Source: Actinomycetota bacterium (GTDB lineage: Bacteria; Actinomycetota; CADDZG01; JAHWKV01). From it: DNA of 64,000 nt. Both the position numbers and the translations under genes were made by a program. Positions 1 to 7,765 of this stretch are shown one piece after another (positions within the stretch are counted from its first letter, which is position 1; every line of letters starts with the position of its first letter). Below the pieces are notes generated by a model that worked only from the letters and a program-made list of their open reading frames with translations, had not been told where the DNA came from and did no database searches. The stretch is from NCBI GenBank assembly GCA_051005875.1, contig JBPCIX010000021.1, positions 5,783 to 69,782 of the forward strand, read 5' to 3'.

Positions 1-176
1 ATTGGCTCGATTTCGATATGGGGCCGCGCCTTTTCATTCAGAAGGGTTCGGTGTCCCCCCTCGACTGGAAACTCAACGAAGGCAGCGGCGAAGTTATCGA
101 CCTGCATGCCGGCCGCGGCTAGGGCGGGCGCGATGAGCAACTCCCAGCTCGGCGCCATGTCGAGTTCAGAATTCAT
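1..176 (-). CDS. partial hypothetical protein running off the left edge
   Basis: Open frame from ATG 176 (MNSELDMAPSWELLIAPALAAAG...) to the window edge. An RBS-ATG at 282 may be the true start via a frameshift. No family recognised. Confidence 0.25.
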   Translation of the reverse strand, partial: MNSELDMAPSWELLIAPALAAAGMQVDNFAAAFVEFPVEGGHRTLLNEKARPHIEIEP

Positions 177-347
177 CACTAATCAGGGTAGTGGGGGATC
201 CGTTGAACTTCCAACTCCGATGATCATCATCGTCATTGAATTCCACAAGTATCGTCATTCGCCTTCTCAGTTATCTTGGGTGGAGGTTTGAGGTTGGCCC
301 TTTCAAACAAGTCCACGGCCCTTCGCTCAGGTCGCTGCTCGGGTTTT

Positions 348-369
348 TGTCGGCAGGCCTGTCTATCGT
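348..369 (+). promoter_or_regulatory. PafBC/RecA-NDp-type DNA-damage promoter motif
   Basis: TGTCGG(348-353)-N10-TATCGT(364-369), matching TGTCGG-N10-TA-N3-T, upstream of the gene at 433. Confidence 0.6.
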
Positions 370-432
370 ATTTTCCGCTTCCCCCACGCGCTGGCCCGAT
401 CAGGTTTGCCGGAGGGAAAGCGAGGAGGAACA

Positions 433-689
433 ATGGCAGTAACGGAAAGTTCAAGGCATCAGCTTTTAAGAAGCTCGAGAAGGTTCTAGGAATGGAAGAA
501 GCTGGGATCCTCATGGAGTTAGGCCCGCCCACGGGCTGGGGAGACATGGCCACTAAACGCGACCTCGACTATTTGGAGAGCAGATTGAAGGACGAATTGG
601 CCGCCAGGTTACGCGGCCTGTTCTTTGCAATCGCCGCCCTTTTTCTTGGGGCAGTCAGCCTTTTACTTGCGGCGCCGCACTTCTTTTAG
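433..689 (+). pseudogene. DUF1640/CCDC90-like small coiled-coil membrane protein, frameshifted (or sequencing indel)
   Basis: RBS GAGGAGG then ATG 433: MAVTESSRHQL. One T is missing in the run at 464-467; restoring it continues KKLEKVLGMEEAGILMELGPPTGWGDMATKRDLD to a C-terminal TM helix. Confidence 0.6.
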
Positions 690-693
690 ACCC

Positions 694-719
694 TTAATCC
701 AGGCCGTTAATCCAGGCCG
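694..719. repeat. 13-bp perfect tandem duplication
   Basis: TTAATCCAGGCCG x2. Confidence 0.9.
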
Positions 720-786
720 GCACGGGCGGGCACACTAAGCCTTTGCCTTGCCGCATGGGGCTAACACCTTACTCTACGATAATTGA

Positions 787-1012
787 ATGGTGAGGTTCGA
801 GCGGATCACTGTGGATCCCGAACAAATGGGCGGGGTGCCTTGCATCAGGGGTTACCGAGTTCCCGTTGCCCACGGTAGTAGGGCTGGTAGCCGACGGCCT
901 TTCAAACGGTGAAAATCTTGAGGCTCTTCCAGATTTAGGGGTTGAGGATATTTCTGGGGCCCTCCGTTATGCCGCGGAAACCGTTCTCGAAAGCGAGCTG
1001 CCGCTCAGGTAA
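787..1012 (+). pseudogene. DUF433 family antitoxin, +1 frameshift
   Basis: MVRFERITVDPEQMGGVPCIRGYRVPVA, then an extra C at 868-871, then TVVGLVADGLS...LPDLGVEDISGALRYAAE. Typical DUF433 signature. Confidence 0.85.
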
Positions 1013-1060
1013 GTAGTGGTGCGGTGACGCCCCGCGCGACGCGACATATGACCCCCAGCG

Positions 1061-1416
1061 TGGAGACGGCGGGAATCGAACCCGCGTGAGACGGTTCTTA
1101 CCTGGGGCATCTACGGGCGTAGCCTGCATTAGTCTCTCGGCTGGACGGGTGCCGCAGGCAAGCTCGTCGAAGCCCATCCGAACCCTGGCTCCTATCCTGT
1201 GACCCGTTCGGCGTAGATCACAAAGACCAGCCTGCTGCATGACGCCCTAGCCCGAACCGCAGACACTTCCGGGTAGAACGCCCACCTTTCTATAGGAAGG
1301 ACCTCGCTTTAAGCTGCGACGTTTCAGTTTAGTTTTCCAAGGTGTTTAACGAGGACCCAGGACCTCGACCCGCGTCCCACAGACAAGACGACCGACTGCG
1401 AAACCAGAACGTCCCC
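1061..1416 (-). ncRNA. ssrA: tmRNA (divergent)
   Basis: 5' GGGGACG pairs with 3' CGTCTCC-A (G3:U70). T arm GCGGG-TTCGATT-CCCGC, PK1-like GTCGAGG...CCTCGTTAAA, a GCA GCT TAA tag end, length 356 nt. CCA is not encoded. Confidence 0.9.
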
Positions 1417-1477
1417 GGTCGCTTGCGGTTCTATTTACTCCAATCCACACAACCCGACTCCCGGCCCGGGCGGGTCT

Positions 1478-1499
1478 TGTCGGCGCTCATCCTTATAGT
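1478..1499 (+). promoter_or_regulatory. PafBC/RecA-NDp-type promoter motif driving the tRNA-like RNA
   Basis: TTGTCGGCG-N8-TATAGT. The predicted +1 (~1506-1507) coincides with the start of the acceptor stem. Confidence 0.7.
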
Positions 1500-1508
1500 T
1501 CTCGGTGT

Positions 1509-1581
1509 CCCCTGGTAGCTCAACGGACAGAGCACCCCGCTCACTACGAGGGAGATGAGGGTTCAATTCCCTCCCAGGGGA
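1509..1581 (+). tRNA. atypical tRNA / tRNA-like RNA, anticodon undetermined (CAC by geometry, ACG in an alternative register)
   Basis: 7-bp acceptor CCCCTGG/CCAGGGG, U8A9, D stem GCTC/GAGC with GG loop, T arm GAGGG-TTCAATT-CCCTC, discriminator A. The anticodon stem has a C-A mismatch and the loop CTCACTA has U37. Confidence 0.65.
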
Positions 1582-1642
1582 CTCCCGTACCGGGATCGTT
1601 TATGCGAGAATGGCAAGTAGTGAGCGGGGAACGTTGAGCTCA

Positions 1643-1676
1643 GACAGAAGCCCTTTCGGGGGCTTCTGTCGCGTTT
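1643..1676 (+). terminator. intrinsic terminator hairpin
   Basis: 11-bp stem GACAGAAGCCC/GGGCTTCTGTC around T-TTCG-G, followed by GCGTTT. Confidence 0.8.
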
Positions 1677-1731
1677 GGACCTAGCGGCGACAGACCCCGA
1701 CGCGCCGCGCCCCTTTGGGCCGAGGCTTACT

Positions 1732-1849
1732 CTGCGCTTTCTCGTCGACAACAATCTCTCTCCCGCGCTCGCCGAAGCCCTTTCTGGCGCGGGCCACCAG
1801 GCCCATCCACGTCAGGCATTATTGATTGCAGCAGGCGAAAGAAAAATAA
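1732..1849 (+). pseudogene. DUF5615 PIN-like toxin remnant (5' fragment)
   Basis: LRFLVDNNLSPALAEALSGAGHQA, then +1 C at 1802-1804, then IHVRHY*LQQAKEK*. No ATG/GTG start and in-frame stops. Confidence 0.75.
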
Positions 1850-1886
1850 GAATTTCTTTCCCAAAAACTCCTATCAGGAGCCTCCT

Positions 1887-1908
1887 TGTCGGCTGTGTCT
1901 GATAGTAT
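1887..1908 (+). promoter_or_regulatory. PafBC/RecA-NDp-type promoter motif
   Basis: TTGTCGGCT-N8-TAGTAT, 7 nt before ATG 1916 (leaderless). Confidence 0.75.
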
Positions 1909-1923
1909 CGAACATATGTTCGA
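1908..1923. promoter_or_regulatory. LexA (SOS) box
   Basis: Perfect actinobacterial consensus TCGAAC-ATAT-GTTCGA; contains the start codon. Confidence 0.85.
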
Positions 1924-3129
1924 GATCGAGTTGAAACAGGCAGAATCCATCGTTGATCGGGTTATCAGCCAACTGGAACCGGAGGTACTTGACCCGGGTC
2001 TGGCGGTAAAGCTGTTCGAACGATTCGACAAACTGGGCCGCCTGATAGACGCCGGCAAGACCCTCACGACCCGCCAGGTCGAGCGCACCGGCGTTTGGCA
2101 AAACGACGGCGATCGCTCTGCCGCCCACTGGGTGGCTCGCAAGAGCGGCATGTCGGTGGGAAACGCCATTGGATTTGTTGACACGGCCAAAAAACTGGCC
2201 GATCTGCCGGCTACCGAACAGGCGATTCGCGAGGGCAAGCTCTCCGGCGTCCAGGCTAGAGAAATCGCCTCGGCGGCTTCTGCAAGCCCATCTTCTGAAA
2301 AGGACCTTTTGGATGCCGCCAAGACCGAAGGAGTAAAGGTCTTGCAGGGTCGCTGCGCCAAGGTCAAAGCTGCCGCATTGAAAGACGAGGTGTCCAGGTA
2401 TCGGGAAATTCACAGGAACCGATACCTTCGGCATTGGAGTGACTTCGATGGCGCAATTCGATTGGAGGGCCGCTTTACCCCGGACGCTGGAGCGGCTCTG
2501 TTGACAGTTCTCGAGCCGATCAAAAAGAAGATGATGGAAACCGCCCGGCAGCAAGGAAGACGAGAAAACGCATCGGCTCATGCTGCGGATGCTTTGATCC
2601 AAATGGCAGAGCACGTTAGGGATTGTCCCCAGACGCCTTCTCGTTCGGGGCCGTCCGCAACTGTGCAGGTACGAGTCGATCACTCGGCATTAATTCGAGG
2701 ATCGTGCATTGAAGGTGAGACTTGTGAATCCCTAGCATCGGCCCAATTCCGGTCGCGACCGCAAGGGCCATGGCCGAAGATGCCTTCTTGTCTGTGATCC
2801 TGACCGATGGCGCCGACATCAGGTCCGTCGTGAATCCCAAAAGGAACATACCCGCTTCGCTCCGTACCGCAGTAGAGGCCCGGGATCCCGTTTGCGTAAA
2901 GCCGGGCTGCGGATCCACAGAGCGATTGGAGATTGACCACATAATTCCGGTCGAGAATAAGGGCCCCACACAATTGTCCAATCTCGCAAGACTCTGCAAG
3001 TTCCACCATGACCAAAAGACCTACGAGTTCTACAAACTGAGCGGCGGGCCGGGGGCTTGGGTCTGGCAATCGCCGGAAGAAGCCCGCGCCCTAAAACGAC
3101 GCCCGCCGCCTTGCGAAGCACTCTTGTAG
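1916..3129 (+). pseudogene. DUF222 / HNH endonuclease (13E12-repeat-like), frameshifted at ~2727
   Basis: Alignable end to end with the intact paralogue at 48555. One A is missing at 2727-2728 (E-I-P-S-I-G-P-I-P-V-A-T restored). C-terminal CVKPGC...EIDHIIP...NLARLCKFHH HNH motif. Confidence 0.85.
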
Positions 3130-3148
3130 GACCCATTCCGGGCGTCGT

Positions 3149-3253
3149 TCGTCCGGGCGAGGTGATATCCGGATCCGCAATAGTCCTTTCCGCTTCATCA
3201 GCGGAAATCTGGCGCACAGTCATCTGCTTCGTGGCATGGTTGCTGTAAGTGGG
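3149..3253 (-). pseudogene. possible DUF4258 (RelE-like toxin family) fragment
   Basis: PTYSNHATKQMTVRQISADEAERTIADPD resembles the DUF4258 pattern (F/Y)SxHAxxxMxxRxIsxxEvxxxixxP. No start codon or C-terminus. Confidence 0.4.
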
Positions 3254-3300
3254 CCTGCCCTCCGGTTCCTTCGTCCAATGCCACTTGGCGCACCCCATTG

Positions 3301-3603
3301 CTAGCCCGGCTGGTTTTTTGCGCCCGCCGACTGCTTGGACCAACACCCGGTGTGATAATGCCGCCGGTCGGCCAGGCTTCCGGTCGGGTACGCGACCATG
3401 TGCATCGTGCCGGGCTCGATCGAGCCCTCGCAATAAGGACACCGGTAGCGCTTGTTCGCTGCTGTTGACGGCTGCACCGTGAACCCATCTCGCTTAGCCC
3501 CTGAGGGGCCTGTGATCTTTGCGGCTATCTCGGCGAGACTCGGCGGCTCTTCTTTCTTAGGACCCCGGGCCGCCGCCGGTTCACGACGATTCCGTCGGGG
3601 CAT
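3301..3603 (-). CDS. conserved actinobacterial hypothetical protein with putative Zn site
   Basis: MPRRNRR...KRYRCPYCEGSIEPGTMHMVAYP...DRRHYHTGCW pattern. Confidence 0.7.
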   Translation of the reverse strand: MPRRNRREPAAARGPKKEEPPSLAEIAAKITGPSGAKRDGFTVQPSTAANKRYRCPYCEGSIEPGTMHMVAYPTGSLADRRHYHTGCWSKQSAGAKNQPG

Positions 3604-4333
3604 CCGGCTCGGGCAAATCCTGGAAGTAGATGATCTTGAAGGACTCCGCGTATTTGTAGTCGTGGCCTGAAGTGGTCGCCGCCTGCGCGGCCCATTGCTT
3701 CATCCAGTCCGTCAGTCCTTCCCTGAACTCCGGCGTCTGGGAGTAGTGGCACATGATGGCCTCGATCTTCGTTTCGATGGTTTCGGTTATGTCCACGTAG
3801 TAATCCGCGTCGGGTGACATTCCAAAAAGAGCCGTCGTAACGCTGTGGGGCAAGAAGCCTTTGTCGTAAAGCTCTTCCCGGTAAATCGGCACTGTTGCCG
3901 CCCCCGGACTGAGCGCCGAGCAAAGCGCCTCGCCGACCTTTCGATGGTCGGAGTGATTGATGTATCGCTGAGCAAGAAAGAAAGCCGTCGGGTCGGGGCC
4001 CATAACAACGTCCGGCTTGATGCGGCGAATCTCGCGGATCATGTCGCAGCGCAGATCATGAGAATCTTCTACATGGCAGTCCTCATAGCCCAAAAACACG
4101 ATGTCGGAAACGCCGGTTACCTTCGCGGCTTGCTTTTGTTCATTTTGGCGGGCCTCGATCAGGTCCTCGCGCTTCACGTCGGGATCGTTGGAACCATGAG
4201 AACCGTTGGTAACCACGCAAAGAATGACTTCCTTGCCTTCTGCAGCCCATTTGGCAATCGATCCCCCGGCCATGAATTCACCGTCGTCAGGGTGGGCAAA
4301 GAAAACAAGAACCTTTTGAAAGTCAATATCCAT
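3581..4333 (-). CDS. PIG-L/LmbE family deacetylase
   Basis: FAHPDDGE and HSDH metal motifs; TNGSHGS; H-x-SQ near the C-terminus. Confidence 0.9.
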   Translation of the reverse strand: MDIDFQKVLVFFAHPDDGEFMAGGSIAKWAAEGKEVILCVVTNGSHGSNDPDVKREDLIEARQNEQKQAAKVTGVSDIVFLGYEDCHVEDSHDLRCDMIREIRRIKPDVVMGPDPTAFFLAQRYINHSDHRKVGEALCSALSPGAATVPIYREELYDKGFLPHSVTTALFGMSPDADYYVDITETIETKIEAIMCHYSQTPEFREGLTDWMKQWAAQAATTSGHDYKYAESFKIIYFQDLPEPDAPTESS

Positions 4334-4356
4334 AATTCACTCGTCCGTAGCCTTTC

Positions 4357-4378
4357 TGTCGGATCTCGTCTTTATAAT
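4357..4378 (+). promoter_or_regulatory. PafBC/RecA-NDp-type promoter motif upstream of thyX
   Basis: TGTCGG-N10-TATAAT. Confidence 0.6.
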
Positions 4379-4416
4379 CCTCTCATGATGAATCAAGCTG
4401 AGGACCAAAGCTAAGA

Positions 4417-5124
4417 ATGGAGCCAATTCGCCCAGGCGAGAATCCGAGCGAACTGAAGATTTTCGATCACGGCTTCGTGCGCCTGGACTCATCAATGGCC
4501 GACGACCTGTCTGTAGTCAATTCAGCAAGAGTGAGCTTCGCAGTCCGCAAAGAAGAAATGGACGACAAAGACAAGGGCTTGATCAAGTTCCTCATGCGCG
4601 AGCTTCACGGCAGCCCGTTCGAACATAACGCTTTCCGATTCCATATCCGGTGCCCGATCTTTGTCGCTCGTGAATGGTTTCGACATCGCATAGGGAGCTT
4701 TTCCGAGGAGAGTTCCCGTTACCATAAATTGGCAGACGATTTTTATTCCCCGGACCCCGCAGCCATCCGAACTCAGGTTGGAAAGCCGGGCTCCTACAGT
4801 TTTGAACCGGTTGCGGCAGAACTGGCGGAAGAAACTCTTGGTACCTTCGAAGATCAATACGCCAACGCTTACGAGGCCTACGCCGAGCTAGTAGAAAAAG
4901 GAGTGGCCAAGGAGCTTGCGCGGGCCTTGCTGCCCGTAGGTATCTACACGCAGTTTTACTGGACCCTCAATGCTCGTTCGCTGATGAACTTTCTCTCGCT
5001 TCGTAACTCGGAATTTGCACAATACGAAATAAGAACCTACGCCAAGGCAATTGAGCAATTCTTTGCGGAAAAAATGCCGATAACCCACGAATGCTTCAAA
5101 GAATCCGGAAGAAAAGCCCCGTAA
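4417..5124 (+). CDS. thyX: FAD-dependent thymidylate synthase
   Basis: HGSPFEH and the ThyX motif RHRIGSFSEESSRY; NARSLMNFLSLR. Confidence 0.97.
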   Translation: MEPIRPGENPSELKIFDHGFVRLDSSMADDLSVVNSARVSFAVRKEEMDDKDKGLIKFLMRELHGSPFEHNAFRFHIRCPIFVAREWFRHRIGSFSEESSRYHKLADDFYSPDPAAIRTQVGKPGSYSFEPVAAELAEETLGTFEDQYANAYEAYAELVEKGVAKELARALLPVGIYTQFYWTLNARSLMNFLSLRNSEFAQYEIRTYAKAIEQFFAEKMPITHECFKESGRKAP

Positions 5125-5147
5125 GGGGGAAGGTTGGGAGGGGGGAA

Positions 5148-5296
5148 GTTTAGGGCGCTCCTGAGCCCCGAGCGCAAGGCCCCGTAGGTTTAGGGCGCTC
5201 CTGAGCCCCGAGCGCAAGGCGCGGTGCTGCGCCGCGTGCTTAGGGCACGCAAGCAGTGCCGGAACGCAGCGATCGGCGCTCAGGTGCGTCCCAAAC
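5148..5296. repeat. MITE/REP-like structured intergenic element with partial tandem duplication
   Basis: 33-bp direct repeat (5148-5180, 5188-5220). 5188-5206 forms an imperfect inverted repeat (16/19) with 5278-5296. Inner hairpin GCGTGC/GCACGC. Confidence 0.7.
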
Positions 5297-5438
5297 AAAA
5301 AGTGCTCCGAGTGACCTTCAGGCCGAAGCCTTTCGGATCTCTCGGAGCAAGGGTTACTTTAAGCCCTGGCGGTCCGGCCCGTCAAGGCCGTTTTCGAGGT
5401 TTCTTCGCGACCTTGAATGATTTTTCGCGAGGCTCGGG

Positions 5439-5882
5439 CTACGACACCTTTCTGCGGGCGGCTTTCGCTGTTTCTTTCGCTTTCGCGGCCGCCCTTGAGC
5501 CCGACTTTGCAGCAGCATTGCTGGCGTTCTTTTTTGCTACCGCCGCCGATTTGCCGACCGCCGAGCCGGCAGCTTTCGCCGCCTTGACCGAAGACCGCGC
5601 TGCGGCTGAGGTTGTTTTCTTCGCCCGCTTGGCCTCTTTTGTGTTCGACATGGTCTTGGCCCCAGAGGTAGCCGTGTGCAGCGCTGCCTTGGCCGCAATT
5701 ATGATCGCCTCCAGGGCCTTGCTGCCTTCCTTGCGCGCTTGCTTAATTTCCTTGGATTTGCCTATCTCGATGCCGGTCTTGCGAGCTACAGTGGCGGCGC
5801 GGTCTGCGGCTTTTTTCAGGCTACGCGCGGCGTCTTTCACCAGATCTTGAGTTTCTTTGAATTCCTTGCTTACTTTTGCCAT
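5439..5882 (-). CDS. Lys/Ala-rich histone H1-like basic protein
   Basis: 147 aa dominated by K/A/S/R (AAKAAGSAVGKSAAVAKK); no HU fold seen. Confidence 0.65.
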   Translation of the reverse strand: MAKVSKEFKETQDLVKDAARSLKKAADRAATVARKTGIEIGKSKEIKQARKEGSKALEAIIIAAKAALHTATSGAKTMSNTKEAKRAKKTTSAAARSSVKAAKAAGSAVGKSAAVAKKNASNAAAKSGSRAAAKAKETAKAARRKVS

Positions 5883-5917
5883 GGCTTAGCCTCCTGGTTT
5901 ACGAGTGGACCTTCAAA

Positions 5918-7696
5918 TCAACGCAATTCGCTTGGCCGGCTTGCGGCAATCTGATCGGTAATTTCTTGCATCAAGTGCTCCAATTGGTCGCCGACAAGTT
6001 CTTCGCGCTCCAACAATTCGTCGCGAATCCGCTCGACGGCGAACCTGCGGCTTTCCAGCAGGGCCCTCACCTCGCTCTTGCATTGCTTGAGGATCATGTC
6101 TACTTCTTCCTTAACTTGCGTGTCGGAAAGCATCGCAGAGTAACGATCCCCACCGTAGCTGGGGGTTAAAACCTCATACGAGATTAAGCGCCGGCCCATC
6201 CCGTAGCGTCCCACGTAGTTGAGAGCCAAAATCGTGCACCAATAAAGGTCGCTTGAGGGGCCCGTCGTAGATGTTTTGAACCAGATTTCTTCCGCTACCT
6301 GACCGGCGAGGAAGACCTTCATTTCGCCGAGCATTTCTTCTTTGGTGTCGCTGAACCGCTCTTCGAGATCGACCGTGTGAACGACGCCGAGCGTGGACTC
6401 ACGCTTCACGATTGAGATCATCTGAATCTGCTTGTCCTTGGCTTGCAGTTCCCGGGAAACAACCGCGTGGCCGGCCTCGTGTACTGCCGTCATGACTTTT
6501 TCATCCGGGGTGTATTTCACTTTTTGCTTCAGACCGATGTCGTCGATCATCTTGGCTTGCCAAACATCCGCCCACGAAAGCGACTCGCGGCCATCTTGCA
6601 ACGCCACTATCAAGCCTTCGTTGATGATGTTCTTGATTCGGGCCGGTGAGTAGTGGATGGTCGCCTGAGCAAATTTTTCGAGATCGATCTCGTCGTGGCT
6701 TACTTTGTCCAGGTAGTACTTGATGACGTCTTTGCGCCCTTCTTTGTCGGGCAACCCGACATGAATCTTGCGGTCGAACCGCCCGGGCCTGAGCAAAGCG
6801 GGGTCAAGGTCGATCGCCCTGTTCGTGGCCCCGATAATCAAGATGTTGTAAGAAGGCACCTTCGGGGCCATGTGAAACAGGCGCCGCAGGTGGCGCTTCA
6901 AGCCCTTAGGCATGACCAGGCCGTCCATCTGAACTAATAGTTCGTTGATGATGCCCATGCCGCCACCGCCACCGCCCATGCCGCCCGGCACGACCATTTG
7001 CGCAAACCTGCCAAACCCTGGGGTGGACGCGGCAGCAGGCATCGCTCCGCGGGATCCAATGGCGTCGATTTCGTCGATGAAGATAACCGCCCCGTCATAG
7101 ATTCGGGCGAACTTTTTCGCCTTGCGAAATAGTTGGGCGACCCTCAGATTGCCGATCCCGAAAAACATATTTGCGAATCCGCTGGCGGGCGTGTAGATGA
7201 AGGGCACCCCAACTGTGCCTGCAACCGCCTTCGCCATCAAAGTCTTACCGGTACCGGGGGGGCCCTCGAACAGCAACCCATGAGGAGGATAGCCGCCGAT
7301 TTTCTTAAAGTCTCGATATCCCCTGAACAACTTAACAACTTCCTGCACGGACTCGACGACCGGCTCTTGCCCCCGGACATCCTCGAAAGTGACGTCGTAT
7401 TCCTTCGGATAGATCGTGTAGGAGCGCCCTCGAGACAGGAACCAAAACAAAGCTCCGAACTGCACAATCATGAAAAGAGCCGCGGCAAGGAATGTTCCGA
7501 ATAAGCTGAAGATGGTGCCCAGTGCATCGCTATGCCCGCACGGACGCACCGTTCCGGCCAACGCGTCGCCGCACTCCTTGACTTTGTCCCCCGGAAAAGG
7601 CGATCCGTAAATGACTATCGAGGCGAAAATTGAATATAGGAAAGTCACGACGACAATACGGGGGAGCCAAATGCGCAGCCTGTTAATAAAAGTCAT
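5918..7696 (-). CDS. ftsH: FtsH-family membrane AAA+ zinc protease (paralogue)
   Basis: Two N-terminal TM helices, Walker A GPPGTGKT, Walker B IFIDEID, SRH TNR...DPALLRPGRFDR, HEAGH zinc motif, SSDL. Confidence 0.88.
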   Translation of the reverse strand: MTFINRLRIWLPRIVVVTFLYSIFASIVIYGSPFPGDKVKECGDALAGTVRPCGHSDALGTIFSLFGTFLAAALFMIVQFGALFWFLSRGRSYTIYPKEYDVTFEDVRGQEPVVESVQEVVKLFRGYRDFKKIGGYPPHGLLFEGPPGTGKTLMAKAVAGTVGVPFIYTPASGFANMFFGIGNLRVAQLFRKAKKFARIYDGAVIFIDEIDAIGSRGAMPAAASTPGFGRFAQMVVPGGMGGGGGGMGIINELLVQMDGLVMPKGLKRHLRRLFHMAPKVPSYNILIIGATNRAIDLDPALLRPGRFDRKIHVGLPDKEGRKDVIKYYLDKVSHDEIDLEKFAQATIHYSPARIKNIINEGLIVALQDGRESLSWADVWQAKMIDDIGLKQKVKYTPDEKVMTAVHEAGHAVVSRELQAKDKQIQMISIVKRESTLGVVHTVDLEERFSDTKEEMLGEMKVFLAGQVAEEIWFKTSTTGPSSDLYWCTILALNYVGRYGMGRRLISYEVLTPSYGGDRYSAMLSDTQVKEEVDMILKQCKSEVRALLESRRFAVERIRDELLEREELVGDQLEHLMQEITDQIAASRPSELR

Positions 7697-7765
7697 GGCT
7701 TCCAATCTTAGAGGGCTTTTCAATTATAGGGCCGCGCTTGTTACAGCTATGGGGCTACGCCCTCG

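Noticed and set aside
1011-1026. AAGTAGTG...GCGG similarity to the tRNA-like trailer (possible guide target)
   Set aside because: Only 8 contiguous identical bases; compatible with chance.
1535-1556. Reading the odd tRNA as tRNA-Sec (TCA) or tRNA-Pyl/amber (CTA)
   Set aside because: No long variable arm or extended acceptor stem. The TCA- and CTA-centred registers give poor stems and no U33.
1916-3129. HNH gene plus upstream RNA as an IscB/OMEGA or HEARO-type RNA-guided nuclease
   Set aside because: The protein is DUF222-HNH with no RuvC motifs. A terminator, a TA remnant and its own promoter separate it from the RNA, and the paralogue at 48555 has no such RNA.
5148-5220. 33-bp direct repeats as a CRISPR array
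   Set aside because: Only two copies, a 7-nt gap, and no cas genes.
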